57,538 nucleotides of DNA, filler included, from Sphacelaria rigidula (GCA_964200075.2; 6 parts of 6 records of this genome joined end to end with filler, not necessarily neighbours in it); one strand, 5' to 3'; counted from the first letter of the whole stretch, positions 35,889 through 48,676 are shown. Translations and numbers: made by a program. Notes: generated from the letters alone by a model not told the origin.

Positions 35889-37690
35889 TGGGGCTGTGAA
35901 CTGGACCAGTTTGTACTGGCAGTTTAACTGGAACTGGTGATGAGGACTCCAGTTTATTTGAAGTTTGCCGTTACCGGCTATGTTTATACCATTTTCAGTG
36001 TGGTGAGTTTATAACAAAGATGCCTACATGATTACGAACAAAATGACAGTAGAATTGGGGTCTGTACCTGACAACAGTACGGGTACAGACAGTACCAAAG
36101 GTTATGACATTTGTACATCGGTAGTGCACCTGTTACTGTTCCGATTATACCATACTAAAATGTATATGGAAATAATAAAAAATAAATCGTCCGTGACCCA
36201 CAGACGGTGCAGTTGGATATATGTACAAAATATATACACGGGTAGTGCACTTGTTTCTGTTCCGATTCTGTCCCATACTAAAATATATATGAAAACAATC
36301 CCAACTGCACCGTCTGTGAGTCACAAATGATGACGAATATCCCAGCAAGTGCACTACCTATGTATATATGCCATAACCTTTGGATCGTACAGTACAGTAC
36401 TCGTGTCCACTACACCTCGAAGTGATATTGCGGATATATGCCAGGTTAGTCGTTTCATCGCATGAAATCTGGAATAAAAAATAGCAAGCAAACGGTGATC
36501 CGCGACCACAAAATACAAAGTACACCATGGCTTGCAATTCAAGTGCATGCGTGCTTGTAGGTCCCGACGTGAATTATTTTGCGCTCTTATCCCCGTGTGC
36601 TGCTACCCTTGGCTTATTTGCATCCTCCTTTCCTCACGGAGAGTCTGCTGCTGCAAATTACAGATTAATGGTTTTCGAATCGCTCCCCGCTTTGAATGGG
36701 ATTGGAACGTCATCCGAGAGTGCCCAAAAAAACAATCTGAGATCCTGTGCCCCTTTTTTGAATCCTGGAGTTTTTCGGGGGGGGGGGGGGGGTACTAACT
36801 CCAACAAATGAAAAAAAAAAAAAAAAAAAAAAATGAAATAAAAATTATGTTCAACAATAGAATTTGNNNNNNNNNNCAAGAGTGACCAAAAAAAAATATT
36901 TTTAATTTCTTGTACTTTTTTTGATAGCTTTGTTTTTTGGGGGGGGGGGGGGGGTTTACTAAATCCCATACATGAAAGAATAAATAAAAAAAAGCAATGA
37001 GCTACAAATTATGTTCAAAATTAGAATTCGTGTTCATGGAGCTTTAATTCTTCGCATACCTTCGGAGCCAAGACCAAGTTATATTATGGGTTTCGCCTAT
37101 ACATCGCACATCACACTTTCACGACAAGAACAAGACCAGGCAAATACCACAATACTCTACAATGCTTGCTCAATCAAGGTAAAGACATCTATCTGCACCG
37201 CCGATATGCGTCCAATATGCGTTGCATCTTGTAGTGGCAGATAGGGCCAACAATCATGGGCGCTACCTCACCCAAGTCGCCCCAAAATGGCTATTTATTG
37301 AGTGTTTCTTAATGTGAAGAGAAAAAACGACCGCCTGAGGAGGGGGGGGGGGGTACATAGAGTCTCGGAGATTTTGTTTAGGGCACTCCTGTGTCATCTA
37401 AGACTTGTAGCTCCTCAATGTGATGGGTCACATTTTCTACAAATTCCCACATTTTTGAAGGAAAAACAAGCCAAATAACGCATTTTTTCTCGCCTCCGGC
37501 GGCGCTCCCGCGGGCCCCACTCACCAGCCGGGGGGGGCGCGTTGGTGGCTCGCGGCGAAGCCGCGAGCCGCCGATTGTTTTCCAGTTCATCGGCAAAGCG
37601 AAGCCGATTAACTGGAAAACAATCGATGTAGTGCCCGCGCCAGCCGCCAGTTTAAACTTAACTGACCAGAGCAGCCAGTTCACAGCCCTA
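35889..37690. mobile_element. Non-autonomous hAT-type DNA transposon, 1.8 kb
   Basis: TIR t(g/a)gggctgtgaactgg; perfect 8-bp TSD ttttttct (35881-35888 and 37691-37698); internal homology to 44393-45680. Confidence 0.9.
36114..36364. mobile_element. Small rearranged TA-flanked MITE nested in the hAT element
   Basis: Ends tacatcggtagtgcac / gtgcactacctatgta; direct repeat 36121-36175 and 36241-36295; internal inverted pair 36194-36217 and 36300-36322. Confidence 0.75.
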
Positions 37691-38327
37691 TTTTTTCTGG
37701 TACAATATCCCACCCTGGACAGTATGTGGTCAAATGTTTGCAACAGAACAAAATTGTATTGCGTAAAGTGTAGGCCAGGACTGACCACATATCGTTGAGG
37801 GTGTGTACACGGCCGCGGATGGGATCAGCACTGTCGCGTTGCATCGACTCTCTCGTCGAATTGATTTGTCTTCTACTTATATCGCCATGTTTTCAACGGC
37901 TGAAATCAATTACATGTGCAAGATGGAAAAAAGAAGAAGGAATTCCACGGAGATCGAACCCACAATTTTACAACCTGATATGGTGAGAGAGGTGTACCAA
38001 CTAGACCCACCACCTCGGCGCGGGGGTCAAGTCGACGCTTCCTACGGTAGCCCCTCCCCCCCCAAAGTGGCTGATCTGGAAACACAAAACCTGTATGTAA
38101 ATAGGAATGTCAGAAGCCGAGCACAATGAGCATCTGGGAATTACCACGCTTGGGTTCGTTTCCACCGTTGTCGCCCATATGAGGTGCTTCATGCGGCAGC
38201 CTGAACCCAAGCATCAGGCGCTGTATGACCATTTTTTCGTGACACTTTTGAGCTGTTTTTTTTTGGTGGGAGGGGGGGGGGGGGGGGAAGACGGGAAGAG
38301 CACCCGCCTGACCGCCAGTCCGGGCCA

Positions 38328-38427
38328 NNNNNNNNNNNNNNNNNNNNNNNNNNNNNNNNNNNNNNNNNNNNTTAATTAATTAANNNNNNNNNNNNNNNNN
38401 NNNNNNNNNNNNNNNNNNNNNNNNNNN
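38328..38427. other. Artificial contig linker
   Basis: Same 100-bp structure. Confidence 0.97.
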
Positions 38428-38858
38428 TTGTGGTTGCGTCGGGGTTGGGGTCCTCTTCCCCGTCAGCTTTTTGGGGGGCGGGGGTTGGTTGGGGGGGGGG
38501 GGGGGGGGGGGAGGTGCGGGTATCGTAGAAAGTGTCGCGATTTCTTCATTTTCGACATTTTTGCTGCCCATTTTCCCCCGGCTCAAACTGAAGTTGATGC
38601 GCGTATAACGTTTTCCTCGGGCGATCAATATCGGTGAAGATTTCGAAGGGGGAAGGACTCAAAACGCGATTTTTTCCCGTCTCCGATGGCGCATCCGGCG
38701 GGGCTCCCCTCATCAGCCGCGGAAAGTATTGTTGGTTCGGGCTGCGCCTTCGCAGCACCAATATATTCCTGATTCATCAATGGATTTGGCGAAATCTATT
38801 TCCGATATATACATTGTTTTGATAATAGAGACCCATACACAGCCCCACCAACTTCCTA

Positions 38859-39125
38859 CCTCATTAATGCGACGCAGTTCTCATCCGTCGACTGCCGGGT
38901 TATGCCTTGACTCAAAGCTGCGGAGGAATCGCCAGTAGCAGAGATGGCGGCTTGAAGATCCCTGATTTCCGCCAACGCTTGCACAGTGTCGGATCGGCTT
39001 TCTTGCAGGAGCCGTTCCGTCTCTCGTAGGGATATTTCGGCGTTTCTTTTGGCGAGCATGGCCTCCTCAGTGACCGACACTTGCACCTTGAACCTCTTCT
39101 CCCACATCACTGTTACCGACATCGT
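38859..39125 (-). CDS. Coiled-coil exon of an unidentified gene
   Basis: WEKRFKVQVSVTEEAMLAKRNAEISLRETERLLQESRSDTVQALAEIRDLQAAI, ending at AG|gtagga; possible partner exon at ~40440-40495 (AQEQLRALR|gtacgt). Confidence 0.5.
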
Positions 39126-40744
39126 TCATTTGTGTCGTCGTTTTTATAACGCGTTTTCAGACTGAGAGAGTTTTCTACGAGGTGGGGAATTTTACGTACG
39201 GTAGAAGATGGCACATGTATTTGAGCGTAAATAAGCTAGGGGATTGATGTTCTATTTGCCCAACGTCCTCGCGAGTAGAACATAACACACTTCTTTCTCT
39301 TCATATCCTGAAGCATACATCCCACTTTCTGGCAGTTTTGACTTGAACAATGAACTACTCAGTCAACGAACTCTGAATAAAGGTCGGAGCCCTTGCTCGT
39401 TGCAACGATATTCCTTTGCTATTTTTTCATCCGATTACACCCGGCTAATTGGTAGAGTCCAATCGAATGTCCAGGGTGGGGATATGCAAGAACGTGCGCC
39501 GATTTCGTCAATTGGCCGGTGATCAGGGACTGCTGTAACTTCGCCAGATGTCGTCGGATTGCCGAACTAGACACGGAATACTCTTGCTAGGAGTAAGGGT
39601 TTAACTTTCGTTCGGGGTGCGTCGACTGTGCAGTCAGCCATCCTGGCTGACTGAACATACTAGGAAACGGTTTAGAACTCGGACAAGAAGTTTACCATCT
39701 GGCTTACACGAACACACTGTTAAAGGTGAGCCAATTTTCTCTGTAGTGCCGGATGATAGATATTTTCTAGTGACCTGGCAGTTCTATTTCTGTGGTCTCA
39801 GTCGGCAACTGAATGGTGCCATTTGATAGCCGTAAAGCAAACCTCCAAGTATGTTTTAATGGCTGCGCTAGCGGACAAGCATATCATTCGTACAGCAGGA
39901 ATATTTAGCAACCCTGTTACTGTACGAGTTCCAGGCAGCAACCGAATGTGGAGGGCACCTCCTGACGTGCCTCTGATTCCGTATTCCCGCCCCCCTAGAC
40001 AACACCCACGAGCATAATTTCCCCGACCAACACCTTGCTAGCTGTCGGGTCCCCATTGAGGGGCTCACTCTATTGAGAACTATCGACCGATGTGCTCTCC
40101 GCACTACATCTACGAACGCAGAATCTACAGCCAAAGCATCAATTTAGCGCCGGATGTCGCCAGCGTTCCGTGGGAGCATAGCGTTCTCACGTACGGTATG
40201 AGTTCCTGTTCCTTGAATAGGATAACCCTCACGTACTGTTTTTTCGGGGGCAGAGTTCTGCAAGTATCTCCCTGACCTTCCCAACCACGCGATCGAGCAC
40301 AGTGCCGAAAAGGGCAAGTGTAGTGGCTTACGTGTACTAGAATACGTGTTTCGCTGTATGTGTAGGGAACAAAAGAAAGAAAGGCCTTCATTCTGACTAT
40401 CTCATGCAGTCAACGAATGTTTAGCCTTCTCAGCACGTACCCGCAAGGCCCTCAGCTGTTCCTGAGCCCCGCCTTGTTGACGTCGAGTCCATCTGACTAC
40501 CACACACTGCCAGCGTATCTCCGTCATGTTGGTCACGAGATGTCGACGGCAATACCAATTCGCTAACAACCCTTCCTCTGGCTTCCGCTGGGAGAGATGG
40601 CCTCTGTTTCGGTCTACTCCGAGAGCGACGGACATGCTGTGGTTCCCGTGCACAACGACGTCACATAAGCGGCGATGGGCCCGATCATATTATTTGCTAT
40701 CCTTGTATTACTATTATATGATTGTTTTATTTGTCGCACTTGAA

Positions 40745-41126
40745 ATCCCCCCCCCCCCTCTCCCCTTTCTTGGGACGAGTCCGTGATCTCAAGGGATCAA
40801 CCCACATCTCCCCGGTACACACCTTACATTTTGGTCTCGCGGGTTGGATCAGCACTCTCGCACCACGTCAACTCTCGCCAAACAAACTCAGCCAACTACT
40901 TATTGTTTACTTACGTACTGACGCTTTCGACAGTGGAAATCATATACCTGCACTTGGAAGAAAATTTCTAACGCGTCGGGAATCGAATCCACATTCTCTC
41001 CATCTCAATGGTGACAGTCGGACCAGTACTCCACCAGGTTGGAAGAAAATTCTAACGCGTCGGGAATCGAATCCACGTTCTCTCCATCTCAATGGTGACA
41101 GTCGGACCAGTACTCCACCAGGGTGC
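40745..41126 (-). mobile_element. tRNA-derived SINE (family 2) with a tandemly duplicated tRNA head
   Basis: 84-85-bp unit at 40954-41038 and 41039-41122; on minus each unit has A-box-like tggagtactggt and B-box-like ggattcgattccc. Confidence 0.75.
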
Positions 41127-41408
41127 GGCATAGGGCCTCGGTAACGAGAACCGTGTTGAGTGACGATGTCTAGCTGATGCCACTGGGCGCTGTCGAAATG
41201 GAGCACGCGATACCGCATGGGTGTCATCGCTGTGTAAAAGTATGTTTTGAAGGCGCAAATAGGCGCTACCTCCTACCGCGTGCACTACTACGCGGCTATT
41301 TTTTGCAAACCAACAGAACAGGTATACTCAGACTCTCTTTCCCTCCCGGCCATACCCATCCATTTTTGCATTATCCGCCCCCTGCCCGCTTGCAGGCAAT
41401 GGGGAACC

Positions 41409-41671
41409 GAGTCATGCTACGATAGGGGGGGGTGTTCTGGGAGGGGCGATAGTTTGGACCGTTTTATTTCACAAAACCCTACTTGCAGTCGTCGTTGAAA
41501 GCAGCTACGGTTGTTCGAACGCGCTTGCTTCGGATGAATAACGCTCATTCATACTCCTTGACACCGCCTTACCCAAATACAAGCGCACCGCTAGTATGTT
41601 AGGTCGTCTGAAGCATCTATGAGCCGTTTTTTTCGTGGAATCGAACACCCCCCTCTGTCGTAGCATAACTC
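41409..41671. mobile_element. 263-bp GAG...CTC MITE, sister of 14672-14925
   Basis: TIRs gagtcatgctacgatagggg / ctgtcgtagcataactc; flanks aacc/aacg; reverse complement is colinear with the 14672 copy. Confidence 0.88.
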
Positions 41672-41712
41672 AACGCCACGATCCATTTTAATCACACCTA
41701 ATCTCCACTCAC

Positions 41713-43594
41713 CGTAGGGGTAGCGGGGTCAGCACCCGACCTAGTCTTTGCTCTCCATGTCCCCAGCACTTGTCGCATGCCCTCTTCCAATCCCGCCTGA
41801 GCGGGCGCCCCGAGCGTGGCAACACACTTGCGCACAACATCATCGACCTTATGATCCCGTGCAATTATGGATGATAGCGGTTCTGAAGTACCTTGCACCA
41901 TGGTTTGAAGTGACGGTGGAGGTACCCGCGGTGGTCGCGGTCGGGCGCTTTCACGCGTCGTCTCTACAGTCGTTGAAGTGGGGGAGACGGTGAGGTCAAT
42001 GACACCGAGCGTGGAGGTTGCTGCCGTTGCCGGTGTTTCTGGGTCACTGAATGAATAAAGAGGTATCAGCATGACAACCAGAAAGTGCGTCGCTATTGGT
42101 GCACATGGGAGTGGACAGCCCAGAAAGCGGGGATGATGCCGACAGCTAGTTTAGTGTCGATGCCCGAGCATGTGTCGGGGTACAGTGGGGAAAGTCGAGT
42201 GCATGCACGCGTGTACTCATTTCGCATGGTGGATGCTGTACGGGTAACAAGCGGTCATTCATAACAGCCCCATTGTTGTGGTGTACCGCGTTCTGTGGTG
42301 TGCTTTTCTAATCATAATACGAAGTATCAAATTTACTCCAAAATATAAACCGCAAAGGTTGATGCCGGGCAGTACAATACTCTTGCGATATTACCGCGAG
42401 TGCGTGTCAAACATACCGCGAAAAGTGAAAGTTAACGCCTGGCTAATATCGCGCAGCATCTGCAACTTAACTGCCGACTACAAGTACATGCAGTAAGTAG
42501 CGCATTGCACTGCCGTCTGCAATGACACCGTTTGCGTTGTCTCTACAACCACCGAATCTACGAACACCTTGTACATGTTCTTCGAGCGGCGAGTGACAAA
42601 TGTTCACGTCGCCATCACTGTCCTCAATAACGCCAACCTTCTTTTCAAGCGTGGTCGCCTCTTTCCGTTGCTGCTGACCCGCCTGCTGAATCCTTCAACT
42701 TCAGACCCACCCACCATTATTATCCCATCTGTACGGAAGGTGGGGTGCCGGAATCTTCTCACATGCTCCCTATTCGGGCTTGCGATGTCTTGTAAGCTTT
42801 CTGCGCGCGCGCTTGCACGTAAACCGCCACGATCCGGTTCTTTAATGTATTTGTCTCCTTACCACTGGATCGTGTTCATAGCGATCTGAGAAATTGAGCG
42901 CCTCATGACTCGGAAATCTCTGTATGCACTCCCTGTGCCGTAAAGGGATTTCCAGGCCGATATGTAAGGGGCCGACTGAACTGTCAACGAAACGGAGTTT
43001 GCTACGGTACTGTTTTATGCCGCACACCGCGCATACAGGAGAGCACCTTTTTCAAATACTTGAAACAATTGGCTAGTGAGGGTTTCACGGATGATGAGAT
43101 GTACGACACAAATCTGTCATGTAGATCGACGTTGCTCTCTCTCGGCCATCTAGCTGAGGCTCGAGGGCAGCAAGCATGATGTACGATCACTTCCACCCTC
43201 CGAAGTGTGTCTGTAGTTGCAGAAGCATTGTTTTTCATCACAGCTAAATATCCTTCCCTCGCCAGCTGATTCACTGCACTGCACTGCTTTGTAATGTATC
43301 GATTGGTGTTGAAACGAACTTGTCCCAAAATTGGCAGCAAGCGATGGCGAATGACGTTCGGATCGGACGGGGGTGGGTGAAGAAAACTCCCAGGCAATTC
43401 CCCCGCCCGCGCCCCCCGCTGAGGGGCCGAGAAAATATACCCTGCAAAACCCCTTCTGGTGGTGGACGTATTCGAGGAAGTGAGGGCTTATTTTTTCGGT
43501 GATTCTGTCTATCGACACGAAATCCAGTGCGCCGTAGCCGTTTGATTATGATGCATTGCGATGCATTACGGCACGACTGTGCGATAGACATCAT
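41713..43594 (-). pseudogene. Decayed coding-like region, unidentified, possibly TE-derived
   Basis: One minus frame reads through many stops from 43594 to ~42800 and includes CAVCG; exon-like 41713-42047 bounded by a cag acceptor and a gtgagt donor. Confidence 0.25.
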
Positions 43595-43748
43595 GGTCCG
43601 GCGGTGCGCTCGCGCCGTCCGCGCGCGTCTCGTGTCCTCGGGGGAGAGAGTCTCGCCGCGTCTTCGACGGTTTCAAAAACACAGTTTCGCCGCATTGGCA
43701 GACGCCTAAAATTTCAAACAGTTTCTTTCCCCGCACTGCTATCCTCAA

Positions 43749-44030
43749 TTCAAGTAACTTGCCTCACTAACCCAAGCACCGACCGTAAAATCAAGTGAAT
43801 GAGTTAGCCTAGAGCTTACTCAAGTAACTTGCCGGAGCTTGTCTAAGATCAAGCGCCTTGGCTCACCACCTATACGACCAAGAGACATGGTTCCTTCACG
43901 CCCAATCCTGATAATTCACCTTCCCCAGTCTTGGATCAAGTAACCATCCTCAGCTCGTCTAATATCAAGCGACTCAGTTCACCTGTACAGTACTTCATTA
44001 AAGTAACTTGCCACAGCTTGTCCAAGAAAA
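43749..44030 (+). repeat. Degenerate repeats of tcaagtaacttgcc...agcttgtc.aaga
   Basis: Copies at ~43750, ~43820, ~43936 and ~44001. Confidence 0.65.
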
Positions 44031-44050
44031 AAAATCGGAGGCACAGTTAA

Positions 44051-44149
44051 CCCTTAGACCGCGAGGTTAGTCTTTTGTTGAATCGGCATCAATTTCAAGT
44101 GAAAAAAAAGTATGCATGATCCGGAAAGACTAATCTCGCGGTCTAAGGG
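44051..44149. mobile_element. 99-bp piggyBac-type MITE
   Basis: TTAA TSD; ~25-bp TIR cccttagaccgcgag(g/a)ttagtcttt. Confidence 0.92.
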
Positions 44150-44180
44150 TTAAAGTTGTGTTGTACATTGCAGTACAACC

Positions 44181-45917
44181 AGATTATCTTCGAAAATGAG
44201 GTTGAATAATACAATAAAAAAATGAGTTCAACTTCAAAACAGTGCTTTTCCTGACCGTAAGCCGTGATTATTACGTTCCTATGGGACGACCCTCATGATG
44301 CCCCCCGACCGCCCTGAAACTGTATTATGGGGGTTTCCTGTCTTCCGCTCTCCCAAAGGGTATGTGCGAAAATATCTTTGTCGGACTAAAAGTAGGGCTA
44401 TGAACTGGACCAGTTAATACTATCGATTAAACTGCTGCAACTAACTAACTGTTAAATGGGAACTGGCGACGAGGGTGCCTTTTATCCAGTTTATTGAGGT
44501 TGGCCGTTACCGGCGATTTTTATACCAATTTTAGTGCAGTAAGTTTTCAACAAGGGTGCTTACACCATTATATACGATTTGACTGTACAGTTGAGGCCTG
44601 TACTTTACAGCCAAAGAGGAATATGGGGCATCGGTTGAGACGGAAGGTGCTTCGAAGGCATCGACGGAAATTGTTTGAGTCAATGGTGCGTGAAGCAGCG
44701 GTGCACAGCTTCATGCTTCGTCTCCCGTGTTTCGGTCGACTTGTACAGCATAATAATAGATAGGTCTGGCGTTCAGTGGTAGTACCATAGCACACGAGGA
44801 ACGAATTTGTCCTGGGCCAGTCCTCGCTGACTACTTTCAGTTCAGGTGCTTTCTGTTTCTTTCTGTCCCGTCTGCTTCGTTGGTACCTCGTGATTCTGCA
44901 GTAGTATTCCGTTTTTTTCGGCCGTAGCGTGTAGGTTGACGGGTGGTCCATCGAATGAGGAAAATGAAGAAAGAAAAAGGGGTTATTATGCGACATATAT
45001 ACGGCGGGACGCTTGATGCAAAACTGTCGAACGCCAAACCCCGGCTGCCAATTGCTCATCGAATGATGAATATTTTGAACATGACGTAGCACACGCTCAC
45101 TACACCTCGAAGTGATACAGCGGATGTCTGCCAAGTTTTGCCGTTTCATTGCACGGCACCCGAAGATGAAAATAACCAACGGTAACCCGTGACGACGAAA
45201 TACAAAATACACCACGGTTTGCCGCCCAAATACATGTGTGCTTGTCGGCCCAGACGTGAGTAATTTCGCGCCCTTATCCCCACGTCCTGCCAGCCTTGGC
45301 TTCCTTGCTCCTATCCCCCGCTCCTCACGGAGAGTATCTTCTGCTGCGTGCTACAGATAGATGATTCTCGAATCGCCCACCGCTTTGCATGGGATTTCAT
45401 GTCATTTAAGCCTCTGAGCTCCTCAATCAGTACGGGGGATAACATTATTCACAACCCACATTCTTGAAGAAAAAACAAGACAATACCTCAATTTTTCTTG
45501 CCACCGGCGGCGCTCCCGCGAGGCCCGCTTATCACCCGGGGCGGGGAGCGTTGGGGCCCGCGGCTATCGCCGCTCGCCGCCGATGTTTTGCCGTTTCACT
45601 GGTGGGAAGACATCGCTGTAGTAGCCGCTGGTGCGGCCAGTTTAAACTCTACTGCTCAGAGCTGCCAGTTCACAGGCCTACCCAGCTAAAAGCGTTTTTT
45701 TTTCACCTCGACACAGGCAAAAATGTGCTCCCGTACATACCCTTTATTTGGGGGAACGGAAGACGAGGGACCCCCAAAAGTAGTTTAGGGAGGTCTGGGA
45801 GCATGAGGTCGTCCATATAAAAGTCACGTATTTTTGTCATGAATTTACGTCAGGGAAAAACATTGTTTTGGAAATGAAGAACGTTCTAATGTCCAACCTC
45901 AATTTCGAACATAATCT
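44181..45917. mobile_element. Foldback (long-TIR) element split by a hAT insertion
   Basis: Left arm 44181-44375 and right arm 45733-45917 are inverted copies and match the arms of 48677-49098. Confidence 0.8.
44393..45684. mobile_element. Second copy of the hAT-type element
   Basis: Ends tagggctatgaactgg / ccagttcacaggccta; TSD-like actaaaag/gctaaaag (right copy offset by 4 bp); 45085-45395 matches 36390-36700. Confidence 0.82.
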
Positions 45918-46369
45918 CTCTACGGTAGTATCTATTTTTCTGTCGTACTCTCGTAACCCCGCGCCTCTCGTTCGGGGTAACGCCGTTCGTTGTCCACAGC
46001 CTCGAGGGATGTCAACTGCGAGTATCCTTCTCCCCGCAGTCGCGATTTCAGCAATGAGAATCAGACTCTGCGCAAGAACATACCCTCAACCTCGCGCCTT
46101 AACCAGTTATGATTTTTGTTGCACCACCAGCTAAACTGCTTGGGCACGGCAGGAGTCGTAGTAGTAGTACATGCATGCGTGACTTTCGCAGGGATATCCA
46201 GGCGCAGTCACGACGAGGGGAAACAAGCCAGTCCCCACCCACTCCGTATTTCGGACAAAAAAAATGCATATATTTTGGGGGAAACGCGATCCACACTGTT
46301 GCACAGTAAAGTAGTGGGCATCCCGACGCAATACTCGGGCTATCGACATGCCCATTGAGTATTGACATA

Positions 46370-47045
46370 TTACCTTCGAAAATGAGGTTTTGTCGATGCG
46401 CAAGCTTCTGTTGAATTGAGGCTTGTCTCACCCATCAAGTCATGAGGAGACAACGCGAAAAAGAAGAGAGAGAGAGAGAGAAAAAAGAGGGCAATGACCA
46501 GCCTGGTGCCCGATCCTCCCACACCTCGAAGAAGAAAAACCAAAGGTGCCTCAAAAAGCGCAATTACGCAATTGCGGTTGACTGCGCAGGAGCACACAAT
46601 GCTGCTGCGAGCTAGCGAACAAACGGGAAAAGCACACAATGCTTTGACGCGCTAGCTAGGTAAAAAGCAAAGCAAAACCCCGCAAAGGACAGAGTGGTAA
46701 TTTCAAGCAGGAGACAAAACTCAAAGACCCGAATAGGGTCGACCTCCCTGAAACTACTTTTGGGGGTTTCCCTTCTTTCATTCCCTCAAAGGGTATATGC
46801 AAAAGCACCATCTTTGGGCTACCACGTGCCTGTTTGCATCCCGAAATCGAGACAAAATATAGGTGCTTTTGCACATACCCTCTGGGGGAACGGAGGATGA
46901 GAAACCCCCAAATCTACTTTCAAGGAGATCGGGGGACATGAAGCCGTCCATATGAAAGTCATTCGTCATTACTTTAGGTCAGGGCAAGCACTGTTTTGAA
47001 GTTGAAACTCATTTTAATGCCCAACCTCATTTTTGAAAATGATCC
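46370..47045. mobile_element. Foldback element copy with a disrupted left arm
   Basis: caaagggtat(a/g)tgc(a/g)aaagcac...gcacataccct.tgggggaacgga core; ttcgaaaatgagg-type ends. Confidence 0.7.
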
Positions 47046-47277
47046 CTCTACACGTGTGTAAGCCTCCAGTTTTGTGGGCTCGAGGATGATGAAGTTATTT
47101 TCGAAAATGAGGTTAGACATTAAAATGGGGTTCTTCATACCCTCGAGTACCTGGAGAACCGACTGCAGAGAGTCAAGGGTATTCCGGAGTACCAAAGTAT
47201 TGATCACGGTAAATAATACTCAGTACCCAACCTCCAAGTGTTCGGTGTCATATTCGCGCTGTACGAGATGGGCCAGC

Positions 47278-47875
47278 GAGTCATGTCACGATAGGGCGGG
47301 CAGGAGAGGCGGGGGGGGAGGGGGTACTCGTGATCTTGCATGCCATAGTCATACACATATGACCGTTGACCTCGCATCCCTACAACGCCTGGACGGAGCA
47401 CACAGGGATTTCGCCGGACGGGGCTCGCAGTCAAGCGCGAAGCGCCGTGATGCATTCGGCGAGTCGCATGAAGGGTGAGCTGAATCCTGCTGAGATCGTT
47501 CAGTCTGAAGGGTACTGATCATCTTGCATATGGGTGGATGACAAACTCGCAACGACGTGCTCCATTTTCTGGTATCGTCACTTCCAGAGACGGCCATGCA
47601 CGGCTTACACACTGGCTCATGGCTGTCTCACCATTCAAGCATGACGTCGTGATAGCCCCCTCCCCAAACCAACCCCAGACTGTCACGAAGAAAATGCTCA
47701 TACGGCGTATGATAGCTGGCTCCAGACTGTATGAAGCGCCTCATACGGGCGACATTGACGTGAACGATCCCAAGCGGGGGGGTTCTCACCTGCCCGTGCT
47801 CGGCTTTCGTCATTTTCATTTACATGCCGATTTCTCCTCCTGAAGTCAGTCACTTTCCCCGAGAGGGGGGCGTTC
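47278..47875. mobile_element. Adjacent MITE family B (47278-47640) and family A (47643-47870) copies
   Basis: Homologous to 2345-2700 and 2120-2330 respectively. Confidence 0.7.
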
Positions 47876-47933
47876 TCTTGTGTTGCTTGCCTTAGTCGTT
47901 TGACCATTGACCACGCATCCCTTTCGAGACGGA

Positions 47934-48033
47934 NNNNNNNNNNNNNNNNNNNNNNNNNNNNNNNNNNNNNNNNNNNNTTAATTAATTAANNNNNNNNNNN
48001 NNNNNNNNNNNNNNNNNNNNNNNNNNNNNNNNN
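47934..48033. other. Artificial contig linker
   Basis: Same 100-bp structure. Confidence 0.97.
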
Positions 48034-48676
48034 AGAGCTTTTTACAATGATACGATTTAAAGGCATGTACTGTGCACAGTATGGAAGCTGTTGCCTTCTG
48101 CGACGTGCACAATAGTCGCACAAAAGTGGGAACTGCGCGCAGTATGACTTCAAGACAGTGAAGAAATCTCCACGAGGTATGAATTGTTACAGCCGGCTTG
48201 CGCCCCATAGCGGCTGTGCTACCATACAGCTCCGCTCAAGATACAGGCAGGAATTATAGCGGCAGAGGCGACCTATTACTCTGCGTGCGCCACCCAGGGC
48301 GAATGCACACCCAGCTGCAACACCGACCGCTGTCCTAGACGTGGTAGAGCGAGGGGTGGTACACCACGTACACACAGACAGCAAGCAGTGTCATACATAT
48401 ATACTGTACTGTATACAAGTGTGATTTGAAATCCGTGCGCGCGGGGTCGGGCCGGCATTCAAAGAACCGTGCACGAGTTTGCCGTGTACTACCGGTACGC
48501 GACCTTATTTCAGTAGCAATCACGTGCGATGTGTGCTGTGACGGGTTTCGTGCGTAGTGTTTTTTTCCACCTCCGCACACCGCCCGTGAAGCGAGCTCTC
48601 CATGCTGGAAGTGTCCACCGCTTTTCCCGCCACTCTTGGTCTGAGACAATTGAAACTGCGAAATGTAACAGTATCT

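Noticed and set aside
40954..41122. Pair of tRNA genes
   Set aside because: A and B boxes are present, but I could not build a proper cloverleaf, and the head continues into a SINE-like body
44568..45215. 215-aa ORF as an intact hAT transposase
   Set aside because: Too short, no DDE or BED motif recognised, and the matching region in the sister copy is broken by stops
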